From contig JBBRLX010000009.1 of assembly GCA_038231135.1 (NCBI GenBank), positions 1 through 64,000 on the forward strand: a stretch of DNA of 64,000 bases, written 5' to 3'. The DNA comes from Candidatus Eiseniibacteriota bacterium. Its GTDB lineage: Bacteria; Eisenbacteria; RBG-16-71-46. Both the position numbers and the translations under genes were made by a program. Of this stretch, positions 52,231-61,922 are shown one piece after another; the first letter of the stretch is position 1; every line of letters begins with the position of its first letter. The notes beneath the pieces were generated by a model. It saw only the letters and a program-made list of their open reading frames with translations. It ran no database searches and was not told the DNA's origin.

Positions 52231-53843
52231 GCGCGCACGGCTTCCAGCACGGTTCGAACGAGCAGCCGCGGCAGCGTCTCGAACGCGTACGGAGCGTGAA
52301 CGCGTTCGTAGAGTCCATGGGCGCCGCGCCCCCAGGGGCCGAGCGTCACCACGTCGAGATCCAGCGCGCCGGCGGCTTCGAGCGGCGGCCGGTAGCGTGA
52401 GCCCCACCCCGGCAGCTGGCGCATCAGCTGCTGCGTGGTCTCCGCGCGCCACGCCACGTACGAAGCGTCGGAGATGAACGGATACCGGCCGCGCACCGGC
52501 AGCCCCTCGTCCGCGAGCACGGTCGCCAGCGCACGGCCCACGGCGCTGTCACGCGGCGCCGCGGATGGATAGAACGGTGGCAGCAGGAACACCACCACGG
52601 CCGGTCGCCGCAGCGCGGCCTCGCGAGCGATCCGGCGCACGAATTCCAGGGCGTATCGGCGCGCGGGCAGCAGCCCGGCGGCGATGGCGGGGGCGGACGA
52701 GACCGGACGCGCCTCCGGAGCCGCGGACTCCACGGCCGCCGCCATCAGGTCGGGCAGCACGTGGACGGCCAGCGCCGGAGCGATCCGCGCCGGAGTGGCG
52801 CCGGGGCTCAAGACCCCCTGGCCCCGGAGCCACAGCGCGTCCATCCCCTCCCGGATCCCGGCATGGGCGCGTTCCACCACCCGGCGGAACGCGTCGAAGA
52901 TGGCGTCGAGCGAGGCGTCCGCGCGGATCACATTGAACTCGACGAACGCCTCGGCGGCGGTCTGGACGTCGTAGCCCGGCTTGAGATCGCGAAGCTGGAG
53001 CACCGTGGGCGGCGCGAGCCGCTCGGTTCCCGCCACGGTTTCGAGCAGCGCCGGCGAGGTCGTCGCCTCGACCGCGATCGCCGCCGCGAGTTGCGCCGCG
53101 TCCGTGCCGTCCCACGGCGCCCCGGCGTGCGTGGGCGCGCCGAGCACGAGACACCCGAGCGCGAGCTTGCCGGCGAGCCCGTGATACCCGCACGGCTTGC
53201 CGGCATAGTCGAGATTGATGGCCCCCACGTAGTCCAGGCCACGCGCATCCCGCAGCCGCACCAGCTCGGCGGCCGCCGTCGTCATGCCGGCCGATTCGAA
53301 TTCCTCGTCCGGCGTCGCGACATACAGCACGTTGCCGTCGAGCCGCGTGCGCGCCAGCGATTCGAACGCCGCCGCGCCGGCCGCGAGACCGGATTTCATG
53401 TCGAGCGCCCCGCGGCCGAACATCCAGGTCCCGGGTGCGGCCAGCTCACGGTCGAGATCCGAGATCACGTCGGGCGGCATCGGCCGGCCCTCGCGCCGGC
53501 TCGCGAGCAGCCACTCGCGCAGCTCGCGGGGATGGAACGCGATCGATTGCCCGCCCGGCGCGCCGAGCGATGTGAACTCGGGGACGCCGACGGTATCGAA
53601 GTGGCCCAGCATCACGACGGTGCGTGGCGAGCGGCCCTGGAGCAGCGCCCATACCACCGGCCGGCCGTCGGGCAGCGACCACATGCCGTGAACCGATTCC
53701 GCCGGCAGGTGCGCGGCGAGCGTCTCCGCGCAGCGCGTCTCCGCGCCGACATCGGGGCTCACGCTCGGGATCGAGACCAGCCGGCGCGTGAGCACGAGCG
53801 CCGCTTCGGAATCGATCGGCGGCAGCGGCGGGTCGGGAACCAT
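52227..53843 (-). CDS. M20-family metallopeptidase, RocB-like
   Basis: LVSIPSVS, GHFDTVG, WMFGRGALDMKSG, PDEE, PFISD and GPWGRGAHGLYER. Confidence 0.8.
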   Translation of the reverse strand: MVPDPPLPPIDSEAALVLTRRLVSIPSVSPDVGAETRCAETLAAHLPAESVHGMWSLPDGRPVVWALLQGRSPRTVVMLGHFDTVGVPEFTSLGAPGGQSIAFHPRELREWLLASRREGRPMPPDVISDLDRELAAPGTWMFGRGALDMKSGLAAGAAAFESLARTRLDGNVLYVATPDEEFESAGMTTAAAELVRLRDARGLDYVGAINLDYAGKPCGYHGLAGKLALGCLVLGAPTHAGAPWDGTDAAQLAAAIAVEATTSPALLETVAGTERLAPPTVLQLRDLKPGYDVQTAAEAFVEFNVIRADASLDAIFDAFRRVVERAHAGIREGMDALWLRGQGVLSPGATPARIAPALAVHVLPDLMAAAVESAAPEARPVSSAPAIAAGLLPARRYALEFVRRIAREAALRRPAVVVFLLPPFYPSAAPRDSAVGRALATVLADEGLPVRGRYPFISDASYVAWRAETTQQLMRQLPGWGSRYRPPLEAAGALDLDVVTLGPWGRGAHGLYERVHAPYAFETLPRLLVRTVLEAVRA

Positions 53844-53851
53844 GGGACGCC

Positions 53852-54937
53852 TCAGCGCACCGGGCGCAGCCGGCTCGCCGGCTCGATCACGATCCGCACC
53901 TGCCGCAGCCGCGCGCCGGCGCAATCGACCACCGGCGCCGGCGTGCGCAGCCGGAACCGCAGCCGCGAATAGGTCTCGTAGGCGATGGCGTGCGGGCCGC
54001 ACGTCGTGGCCTGGAGTTGGAATGCGCGCGGGGAACCCAGCAGCAGCTCGACCGAGTCGCGGGTGGTGGGCGTGTCCTCGAGCCACAGTGCGACCGGCAC
54101 GCGCTCGGGCAGCGGCTGGTCCCACTGCACCTCGATCGTGCCCTCGATGCGGCAGGTGCACGAATCGGGTCCCTGCGGCGCGGCCGCGATCGCGCCCACC
54201 GCGGACCCGGTCGCGGTCGAGTCGTCGTCGCCCGAGGAATCGGGGCGTCCGGGCGAGATCACGACATCGGCCATGAGGCTCGCCTGCACGTCCTCCGGCT
54301 CGCCTTCGTGACCGGGAATGCCGCGGAACGACACGCGCACCGTGTCCCGCAGCACACCGTCCGCCAGCGCGCGGGCGAGCTGGTTCGTCACGCCCTGGTC
54401 GTTCGACCCGATGATGATGTGCCGCGCGCCGCGGGCGTCGTCGCTCGCGGTGAGACTCATGCGCAGCCGCGACGCGCCGCTGCCGAGTCCCACCCGGTAC
54501 CCCGCCTTGCGCGCGTCGACCCACAGCGTCACCGGCGAGCGCAGCATGCCGTCGAGTCCGCCGAGCGGCACCGTCACCGAGTAGGCGCCGGCCTTCGACG
54601 TCATGACTTCGGTGCGGCGGGTGCCCTCGAGGAACACCTGGGCGAACTCCAGCGGGTGCCCCGCGTCGTCGAGCACGCGGCCGCGGAACGTGAGCATCCC
54701 GGGATTCGCCGGGGGATGGCTGTCGAACGATTCCGGCGGCAGTGAATCCGCGGCCGGCGCCGTATGCGCGGCCGCGCGGGACGCGGTGGTTCGTGCCGGC
54801 GCCGGGCGCGCGCCGGACGCCGCCGGCAGCGCCGGGCGCGCGCCCGCGCGGGGCGGCGCCACCGCGGCCGCGGCCGACAGCGCCAGCAGCACGGACGCGA
54901 TCAGCGTCGCCGCGAACCTCCGTCGCTCCCGGATCAC
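53852..54937 (-). CDS. Secreted hypothetical protein with carboxypeptidase-regulatory-like domain
   Basis: GTGA overlap, signal peptide, and FRGRVLDDAGHPLEFAQVFLEG...TSKAGAYSV. Confidence 0.6.
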   Translation of the reverse strand: MIRERRRFAATLIASVLLALSAAAAVAPPRAGARPALPAASGARPAPARTTASRAAAHTAPAADSLPPESFDSHPPANPGMLTFRGRVLDDAGHPLEFAQVFLEGTRRTEVMTSKAGAYSVTVPLGGLDGMLRSPVTLWVDARKAGYRVGLGSGASRLRMSLTASDDARGARHIIIGSNDQGVTNQLARALADGVLRDTVRVSFRGIPGHEGEPEDVQASLMADVVISPGRPDSSGDDDSTATGSAVGAIAAAPQGPDSCTCRIEGTIEVQWDQPLPERVPVALWLEDTPTTRDSVELLLGSPRAFQLQATTCGPHAIAYETYSRLRFRLRTPAPVVDCAGARLRQVRIVIEPASRLRPVR

Positions 54938-56316
54938 CGCACGGCCGGCACGGCCGCGCCCAGCTCCTCGTACAGGTAGGCCACGCTGTTCGTGCCGCCG
55001 TGGAACGAACTCAGCGAGATCTTCTCGTTCGGCGCGTGCACGTTGTCGTCGTCGAGGCCGAACCCCATGAGGATGCAGGGCAGTCCGTGCGTTGCCTGGA
55101 ACGTCGCCATCACCGGGATCGAGCCACCCTCGCGCATCATCGCAACCGGCTTCGGCCACGCGCGCGACAACGCGCGCCTCGCCGATTCGATCATCGGGTG
55201 CCGCGGATCGGTCACGAACGGGGCGCCACCGTGCAGGTTCTTCACGACGACGGTCACGCCGGGAGGCGCGAGCCGCTTCACGTGCACCTCGAACCTGCCG
55301 AACAACGCTTCGGGGTCCTGGTCGGGCACCAGCCGCATGCTGACCTTCGCCGCAGCGAACGACGGCAGCACGGTCTTGCTGCCCTCGCCGGTGTAGCCGC
55401 TCCACATGCCGTTCACATCGAGCGTCGGCCGCACCGAGATGCGCTCGAGCGTGGTGTAGCCGGCCTCGCCGAACGGCGCGGGCGCGCCGCTCTCCGCGAG
55501 GTACGCCGGCTCGTCGAACGGCGCCGCGCGCAGCAGGTCGCGCTCGGCGGCGTCGATCTTCTTCACCGCGTCGTAGAACCCGGGTTGCGTGGCGCGGCCG
55601 TCCGAGTCCTTGAGCGCCGCGATGATCGTGCACAGCGCGTTCGCGGGGTTCTGCACCGCGCCGCCGAAGTGGCCGGAATGCAGGTCGTGCGATGGCCCGG
55701 TGACCTCGATCTGCGTGTACAGGATGCCGCGCAGGCCATACGTGAGCGCCGGCTGATCCGGCCCGAGCATCGCGGTGTCGCTCACCACGATCACATCGGC
55801 GTCGAGCCGCGCCCGCTGCGCGCGCAGGAACGCCGCGAGGTTGTCGCTGCCGACCTCCTCCTCGCCCTCGATCACGAGCTTGAGATTGATCGGCAGCGTC
55901 TTGTGGACGGCGAAGTGCGCTTCGATGGCGTTCAGGTGCATGTACACCTGGCCCTTGTCGTCCACGGCGCCGCGGGCGAACAGCTTGCCGTCGCGCAGCG
56001 TCGGCTCGAATGGCGGCGACTTCCACAGCTCGAGTGGCTCGGGCGGCTGCACGTCGTAGTGGCCATACACGAGCGCCGTGGGTTTGCCGGGCGCCCCGAG
56101 CCATTCGGCGTACACGATCGGGTGGCCCGCGGTCGCCACCACCTCGACCTGCGTCATGCCGATCGCGCGCAGCCGGTCGGCGATGTGCTGCGCGCAGCGC
56201 GCGACGTCGTCCTTGTGCTCGGCCTGCGCGCTGACGCTGGGAATGCGCAGCACGGCCTTCAGCGATTCGAGGAACGCCTCGCGGTGATCTTCGAGATAGC
56301 GGGTCAGCGCATCCAT
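54934..56316 (-). CDS. M20 dipeptidase (ArgE/DapE-like)
   Basis: LRIPSVSA, YGHYDVQP, ARGAVDDKGQ, EGEEEVGS, DLHSG and HAPNEK. Confidence 0.93.
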   Translation of the reverse strand: MDALTRYLEDHREAFLESLKAVLRIPSVSAQAEHKDDVARCAQHIADRLRAIGMTQVEVVATAGHPIVYAEWLGAPGKPTALVYGHYDVQPPEPLELWKSPPFEPTLRDGKLFARGAVDDKGQVYMHLNAIEAHFAVHKTLPINLKLVIEGEEEVGSDNLAAFLRAQRARLDADVIVVSDTAMLGPDQPALTYGLRGILYTQIEVTGPSHDLHSGHFGGAVQNPANALCTIIAALKDSDGRATQPGFYDAVKKIDAAERDLLRAAPFDEPAYLAESGAPAPFGEAGYTTLERISVRPTLDVNGMWSGYTGEGSKTVLPSFAAAKVSMRLVPDQDPEALFGRFEVHVKRLAPPGVTVVVKNLHGGAPFVTDPRHPMIESARRALSRAWPKPVAMMREGGSIPVMATFQATHGLPCILMGFGLDDDNVHAPNEKISLSSFHGGTNSVAYLYEELGAAVPAVR

Positions 56317-56472
56317 ATTCGGGCTCCGTCGGGAGGTTCGAGGTTGCGGCGCGACGGGCGGGGACACCGCCGCCGGCACGTGCAGCCGGCTTGGGGAATG
56401 ATGTTCTTCCGATCGCGCCGGATGCTGTACGCTGCATGGCTCGAACCTGACGCTAGGAGCGCACGAACCAGA

Positions 56473-56682
56473 ATGCAAGTTCACATCGTCCGCCGGGAAT
56501 GCTGCGGCAACGCGGCATGCAGGGAGATCGCTCCCGACGTATTCGCGATCGACAGCCAGCAGAAGGCCGTCGTGCTGGATCCGGAAGCCGCCCCGGTCGA
56601 ACTGCTGATCGAGGCCGCCGAAGCGTGCCCGTGCCAGGCGATCGTGATCGAGGACGACGACGGCAACCGGGTGTTCCCGTAG
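56473..56682 (+). CDS. Monocluster ferredoxin, probably [3Fe-4S]
   Basis: 69 aa. C-x2-N-x2-C...APDVF...AAEACPCQAI, with the second Cys ligand position replaced by Asn. Confidence 0.85.
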   Translation: MQVHIVRRECCGNAACREIAPDVFAIDSQQKAVVLDPEAAPVELLIEAAEACPCQAIVIEDDDGNRVFP

Positions 56683-56705
56683 GCGGGTCCAGGGGAGGCT
56701 TCGTC

Positions 56706-56978
56706 ATGTGCCGGAACATCAAGACTCTCTACAATTTCGCGCCGCCGGCGTCGGACGACGAGGTGCGCGCGTCCGCGCTGCAGTTCGTGCGGAAGCTGAG
56801 CGGATTCACGGCGCCGTCGCGCGCGAACGAGGCCGTGTTCGCTCGCGCGGTGGACGAAGTCTCGGAGGCGGCGCGCCGGCTGCTCGACGAGCTGGTGACG
56901 AACGCGCCGGCCAGGGATCGCGAGATCGAGGCGCAACGGGCGCAAGAGCGCAGCGCGAAGCGCTTCGGTACTTCGTAG
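56706..56978 (+). CDS. DUF2277-family protein
   Basis: MCRNIKTLYNFAPPA...ALQFVRKLSGF. Confidence 0.85.
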   Translation: MCRNIKTLYNFAPPASDDEVRASALQFVRKLSGFTAPSRANEAVFARAVDEVSEAARRLLDELVTNAPARDREIEAQRAQERSAKRFGTS

Positions 56979-57039
56979 CCGGCGTTCCGATCCGGCGCCG
57001 GGGCGTCCGCCGCCCATGCGCCGACGGAGCCAGCCCGCT

Positions 57040-57690
57040 TCAGCGCCGGACGCCGACCCACAGCCCGTCGCCGATCGGAACGATGATGCCGTCCACGCCC
57101 TTGGACCCGGCCATGGTCTCGTTGAACGCCCGCACCGCGGGAACCTCGCGGTCGGTCGCGTTCTTGTCGAACAACTGGCCGAACGCGAACGCATTGTCGG
57201 CCATGATCAGGCCGCCCGTACGCACGATGCGCAGGCACTGTTCTAGATACTTGCCGTAGCTGCCCTTGTCGGCGTCGAGGAACGCGGCGTCGGCGGAGCC
57301 GTCCGCGAACTTCGGCAGCACGTCCATGCCGGCGCCGGCATGCACCTCGATGCGGGCCGCCACGTCGGAGCGCGCGATCCAGGCCTTCGCGAACTCGACA
57401 TGCTTCGGCTCCAGCTCGATCGTGCGCACCCGGCCGTCGGCGGGCAGCGCGCGCGCCATCGCGATCGCCGAATAGCCCGCCAGCGTTCCCACCTCGACCA
57501 CCTCGCGCGCGTGCGCGAGCTTGAGCAGGATCTGCATGAAGCTCGCCTGCTCGGGTGCGACCCAGATCGACGGAATCCCCGCGACGCGCGCCGCGGCCTT
57601 GAGGTCCGCGAGGAACGCGTCCTCGCGCGTGGTGCGCTCGGCGATGTAGCGAAAGTGCTCGGCGGTGACGACGCTCGACTCTTCGGACAT
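57040..57690 (-). CDS. SAM-dependent O-methyltransferase (CCoAOMT/COMT-like)
   Basis: VEVGTLAGYS, FLDADK, GGLIMADN and PIGDGL. Confidence 0.92.
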   Translation of the reverse strand: MSEESSVVTAEHFRYIAERTTREDAFLADLKAAARVAGIPSIWVAPEQASFMQILLKLAHAREVVEVGTLAGYSAIAMARALPADGRVRTIELEPKHVEFAKAWIARSDVAARIEVHAGAGMDVLPKFADGSADAAFLDADKGSYGKYLEQCLRIVRTGGLIMADNAFAFGQLFDKNATDREVPAVRAFNETMAGSKGVDGIIVPIGDGLWVGVRR

Positions 57691-57701
57691 GGGCCACTCC
57701 C

Positions 57702-57932
57702 TCAGGGTTGGCTGGCGGACACGGCGTAGCTCTCGAGGTACCCGCACTGCGGGCAGCGCCACGCCGTAATCTCGATGTGCTGGCGGCCGCTGGTGCTCAG
57801 GCCGGTCCAGAACGACTTCCTGGGCGCACCCTCGACCCACTCACCCGCGACCTGGCCGCCGTGCGAGTGATCGAGTTGATAGCCGCGCTCCATGGCGACG
57901 CGGCACTTGGGACATTCCGGAAACGCGTTCAT
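57702..57932 (-). CDS. Small zinc-ribbon protein (DUF6487-like)
   Basis: CPKC...MERG...RCPQCG. ATGA overlap with the upstream gene. Confidence 0.75.
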   Translation of the reverse strand: MNAFPECPKCRVAMERGYQLDHSHGGQVAGEWVEGAPRKSFWTGLSTSGRQHIEITAWRCPQCGYLESYAVSASQP

Positions 57933-59002
57933 CCGCCCCCCGCAGGCACCGCGACGCTGCCGCGGCGATAGCCGTCCATCACCTCGTCGAGCACCGCGCG
58001 CGACGGCCGCACCACCTCGAGCGGCAGTTGCGCGAGCGGCGTGTCGGTCAGCTCGAGCTCGTCGTCGAACGGACGCGTCGCCGGATCGATGTACAGCAGA
58101 CCGGTGACGAGCTTGTGTTCGTGCTTGCCCTCGCGCAGCGCCGCGAACGCCGCGTCCCGGTTGGTCGCGTCGTAGTCCGTCGCGAGCTTCTTCAGGTAGA
58201 TGTGGGAGCCGTCCGGCATCCGCACCTCGCGCGTGGTGCCGGGCGCGTAGTCGACCGTGATGTCCTCGAAGTACGGCACGTACTCGATGTCGTGCAGCGG
58301 CGAGTCGCTCTGCTTGACCGCCGCGTACGACTTGGTCGAGCCCTCGTGGTCGGCGAACGTCACGCACGGGCTGATCACGTCGATCACCGCCGTGCCGCGA
58401 TGCGCGAACGCCGCCTTGAGCAGCGGTCGCAGCTGCTTCTGGTCACCCGAGAACGACCGCGCCACGAACCCGCAACCCAGCTCGAGCGCGATGGCGCAGC
58501 AGTCGATCGGAATCAGGTCGTTCGCGAGTCCGGTCTTCATGGTGCTGCCGACGTCGGCGGTGGCCGAGAACTGGCCCTTGGTGAGCCCGTACACGCCGTT
58601 GTTCTCGATGATGTACACGACCGGCACGTTGCGGCGCACGAGGTGGCAGAACTGCCCGAGCCCGATGCTCGCGGTGTCGCCGTCGCCCGACACGCCGATC
58701 AGCAGCAGCGACTTGTTCGCGATGCGCACGCCGGTGGCGATGCTCGGCATGCGGCCGTGCACGGCGTTGAACCCGTGCGACTGCCCGATGAAGTACGCCG
58801 GCGTCTTGCTGGAGCAGCCGATGCCCGACAGCTTCGCCACCTGGTGCGGCTCGAGCGCCGCCTCGTAGGCGGCCTGGATGATCCCCGCCGTGATCGCGTT
58901 GTGGCCGCAGCCCGGGCACAGCGTGGTCCTGGCGCCGTCGTAGTCGGCGCGCGTCAGCCCGATTCGATTCCGCCCCGCGGGGGCGCTGGGTGCTTCGGTC
59001 AT
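57929..59002 (-). CDS. 2-oxoacid:ferredoxin oxidoreductase beta subunit
   Basis: LCPGCG, SGIGCSS, HGR, TPP motif GDGD...NNGVYGLTKGQ and SPCVTF. Confidence 0.95.
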   Translation of the reverse strand: MTEAPSAPAGRNRIGLTRADYDGARTTLCPGCGHNAITAGIIQAAYEAALEPHQVAKLSGIGCSSKTPAYFIGQSHGFNAVHGRMPSIATGVRIANKSLLLIGVSGDGDTASIGLGQFCHLVRRNVPVVYIIENNGVYGLTKGQFSATADVGSTMKTGLANDLIPIDCCAIALELGCGFVARSFSGDQKQLRPLLKAAFAHRGTAVIDVISPCVTFADHEGSTKSYAAVKQSDSPLHDIEYVPYFEDITVDYAPGTTREVRMPDGSHIYLKKLATDYDATNRDAAFAALREGKHEHKLVTGLLYIDPATRPFDDELELTDTPLAQLPLEVVRPSRAVLDEVMDGYRRGSVAVPAGGG

Positions 59003-59077
59003 GAGGCTCTCGTCGTTGGAAGAACGTTGGGTGCGTCCGGGCAACGATAGTACACAGGTCGTCCAGCCCGTCCCAAC

Positions 59078-60217
59078 TCAGCCGCCCGTGGCCGCGTCCG
59101 CCTTCGGATACGTCCCCAGCACCCGCAAGTCCACCGTGAGCGGCCGCACGTCCCCGATCGCGGCGGACACCGGCGCCGAGGCCGCGTGGCCTTCGAGGTC
59201 GAGGAAGAACCGGTACTGCCACGGCGTGCCGGGCAGCGGGCGGGACTCGATGCGCGTGAGGTTCACGCCGCGCGCGCTGAACCGCGCGAGCACCTCGCCC
59301 AGCGCGCCCGGGTGGTCGGAGAGCACGAGCAGCAGCGACGTCTTGCACAGGACACCGTCCGCCACCGGCGCCGCCTCGCGCGCGATCTCGACGAACCGCG
59401 TGTAGTTGCCGCGCTGGGTCTGGATGCCGCGCGCCAGCACCGCGAGGCCGTACACGCGGCCCGCGGATTCGCTCGCGATCGCGGCCAGCGTGCGGTCGTT
59501 GGCGTCGCGCACCCGGCGCGCGGAGCCCGCGGTGTCGAATTCGGCGCGCGCGGCGAGCCACGGCCGGGCCGCCAGGTACTCCTCGCACTGCGCGAGCGCC
59601 TGGGGGTGCGACAGCACGATGCGCACGTCCTCGAGCACCACGCCCGGCATCGCGAGCAGGCAGTGCTCGATCAGGCTCACGACTTCGGCGTTGATCGTGA
59701 CGTTGCCTTCGCCGAGCAGGTCGTAGGTGTCGCTCACGCCGCCCGCCGTGGTGTTCTCGACAGGCAGCAACGCCACGTCGGCCGCGCCGCTCGTCACCGC
59801 CGCCACCGCGCCGCGGAACGTGTCGAAGCCCAGGAGCAGTGCGCCGCCCGGGCGGCCGCCGTAACGGCGCTGGGCCGCCAGGTGGCTGAACGCGCCTTCG
59901 ATGCCCTGATAGGCGACACGCAGCGGCACCGTCTCGAGCGCGTGGACGAACGCCTGCTGGCGCGCGATCGACATCTCCATGATGAGCCGGTACAGCCGCT
60001 CGATCTCGTGGGGGTCGAGCTTCAGCTCCACCGCGAGGTGCCGGACGCGCTCGATGACCTGGTCCTCGCGGATCGGATCGCGGAACGGCGTCGCCGTGTC
60101 GAGCTTGCCGCGCGCGATCGCCTCGCTGAGCGTCATGCGCTCCTTGAGCAGTGCCAGCAGCCGGCGGTCGAGCGCCTCGATCGCGGCGCGGGTCTCCTCG
60201 AGGTCGGGCGGCGTCAT
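59078..60217 (-). CDS. pheA: Chorismate mutase / prephenate dehydratase
   Basis: N-terminal AroQ (R..I..LD..LL.LL.ER, RDP.RE), then LPVENT, SHPQALAQC, NYTRF and the ACT-domain NLTRIESRP. Confidence 0.93.
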   Translation of the reverse strand: MTPPDLEETRAAIEALDRRLLALLKERMTLSEAIARGKLDTATPFRDPIREDQVIERVRHLAVELKLDPHEIERLYRLIMEMSIARQQAFVHALETVPLRVAYQGIEGAFSHLAAQRRYGGRPGGALLLGFDTFRGAVAAVTSGAADVALLPVENTTAGGVSDTYDLLGEGNVTINAEVVSLIEHCLLAMPGVVLEDVRIVLSHPQALAQCEEYLAARPWLAARAEFDTAGSARRVRDANDRTLAAIASESAGRVYGLAVLARGIQTQRGNYTRFVEIAREAAPVADGVLCKTSLLLVLSDHPGALGEVLARFSARGVNLTRIESRPLPGTPWQYRFFLDLEGHAASAPVSAAIGDVRPLTVDLRVLGTYPKADAATGG

Positions 60218-61134
60218 GGATGCCAGGGGCCGGTGCGCGGTTTGCCCGGCGCGGGGGCCGGCTCGAGCAGCTCGAGCCAGATGCCGTGGGCGATCGACGG
60301 CGGCACGAGCACGCTGCGCCCGCGGCGGTCGGCGTGGGCGTCGAAGCGGCGGCGCAGGTTGCGCTCGAGCACTTCGGTCGCGGTCGTGAGGCTCCCGACT
60401 TCGACGGTGATGCCGAGCACCGCATGCGCGGGACGGCCGCATTGCCGCGCCGGGCAGCCGGTCAGGTACACGGCGCCGTTCTGGAGTTCGACGCGACGCG
60501 CTCCGGCGTGCGCCAGCGGCAGCGTGGTGTCGGCGACGGTCTTCGCACCCACGGCCTCCAGCAACCGGCGCGTCGGGCCCGAGGAGTCCGCCGCCACCCA
60601 GACGGCGAGCAATCCCCGCGCCGTGTTGGCGTGCGTGGTGATCGCCACCGGCTCTACCATCGTCTGACGATAGTCGATGAAGAACACGTGCGACCCGCTC
60701 AACTGCGGGACGAGGAAGCTGTAGGGGCCGGCGGAGACGACGCTGGGCCGCGGCGCGAGCGGCCGGATGCGCGCCGCGACGGAATCGACGTCGCCGGCCG
60801 CCACCGCGAACCCGTCGAGGCCCTCGCCGGCGGCGAGGAAGTTCACGTAGCCCTCGGCGGTCTCGTCCTCGGGCCTCGCGGCCGTGATCAGTTCCAGCGA
60901 CGTGCCGTCGAAGAACTTCACGAGGTCGTCGCGGAGGGTGTTGTCGTTCAGCCGCCCCGGCTTGATCGTGAACCCGAGCTTGTCGCGGAACGTGCGGTCG
61001 GCGAGGCCGATGTCGTGGACCACGATCGGCACGTGGTCGAGCCGCAGCGTCGCCGCTGCGGGCTGGACGCCAACCAGGATTGCGGCGAGGGCCGGCGCCA
61101 CGAGCGTTGCGCTCCACCCGCCGCGCGGCCTCAC
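60214..61134 (-). CDS. VOC/glyoxalase-like protein with N-terminal signal-like segment
   Basis: LDHVPIVVHD...LGFTIKPG...FFDGTSLEL and HANTARG. Confidence 0.75.
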   Translation of the reverse strand: MRPRGGWSATLVAPALAAILVGVQPAAATLRLDHVPIVVHDIGLADRTFRDKLGFTIKPGRLNDNTLRDDLVKFFDGTSLELITAARPEDETAEGYVNFLAAGEGLDGFAVAAGDVDSVAARIRPLAPRPSVVSAGPYSFLVPQLSGSHVFFIDYRQTMVEPVAITTHANTARGLLAVWVAADSSGPTRRLLEAVGAKTVADTTLPLAHAGARRVELQNGAVYLTGCPARQCGRPAHAVLGITVEVGSLTTATEVLERNLRRRFDAHADRRGRSVLVPPSIAHGIWLELLEPAPAPGKPRTGPWHP

Positions 61135-61922
61135 ACCAGCACGCCCCTCAGCACCGTGACCGCCTGGCCGCCGAGCATCACGCGGTCGCCGTCGATGCGC
61201 ACCCGCACGGTGCCGCCGCGCGCCGACAACTGGTGGCCGACCATCTCGGCCAGACCGAGCTTGGAACCCCAGTAGGGCGCGAGCGCGCAGTGCGCGGAGC
61301 CGGTGACGGCGTCCTCAGGCACGCCGGCGCGCGGCGCGAAGAATCGCGACACGAAATCGACTCCGGCGGAATCCGCGCGGCTCGTCACGATCACGCCGCG
61401 CGCCTCGACCTTCGCGAGCTTCGCGAAGTCGGGCTGGACGCCGCGCACGTCGGCCTCCGAACCGACCTCGACGAGATAGTCGAACACGTTCCTGCCCACG
61501 TACAAAGGCTTCACGCCGAGCGCCGCCGCGAGACCCGCGGGCGCCGGGGCCTGCTCGACCGGCTTGAGCGGGAAATCGAGCTCGATCCACGCGCCTTTCC
61601 GCGACGCCGACAGCACGCCGCTCTGCGTATGGAACCGCAGCGTGGCACGCGGCTCCACCGTCGCGCTCTCCCACAGCACGTGCGCGCTCGCGAGCGTCGC
61701 GTGGCCGCACAGCGCCACCTCGACCTCGGGCGTGAACCAGCGCAGGTCGAAGCCGTCGCCGGGATGCGGCACCAGGAACGCGGTTTCAGCATGCTTCATC
61801 TCGGCGGCGATGCTCTGCATCCACGACTCGTCCTGCGGAGCCTCGAGCAGACACACCGCCGCGGGGTTGCCCTCGAACGCGCGTTCGGCGAACGCGTCCA
61901 CCGTGAAGATGGGTACGCTCAT
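61131..61922 (-). CDS. PhzF/YddE-family epimerase/isomerase
   Basis: VDAF...GNPAAV, ETAFL, RWFTPEVEVALCGHATLA and EDAVTGSA. Confidence 0.93.
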   Translation of the reverse strand: MSVPIFTVDAFAERAFEGNPAAVCLLEAPQDESWMQSIAAEMKHAETAFLVPHPGDGFDLRWFTPEVEVALCGHATLASAHVLWESATVEPRATLRFHTQSGVLSASRKGAWIELDFPLKPVEQAPAPAGLAAALGVKPLYVGRNVFDYLVEVGSEADVRGVQPDFAKLAKVEARGVIVTSRADSAGVDFVSRFFAPRAGVPEDAVTGSAHCALAPYWGSKLGLAEMVGHQLSARGGTVRVRIDGDRVMLGGQAVTVLRGVLV

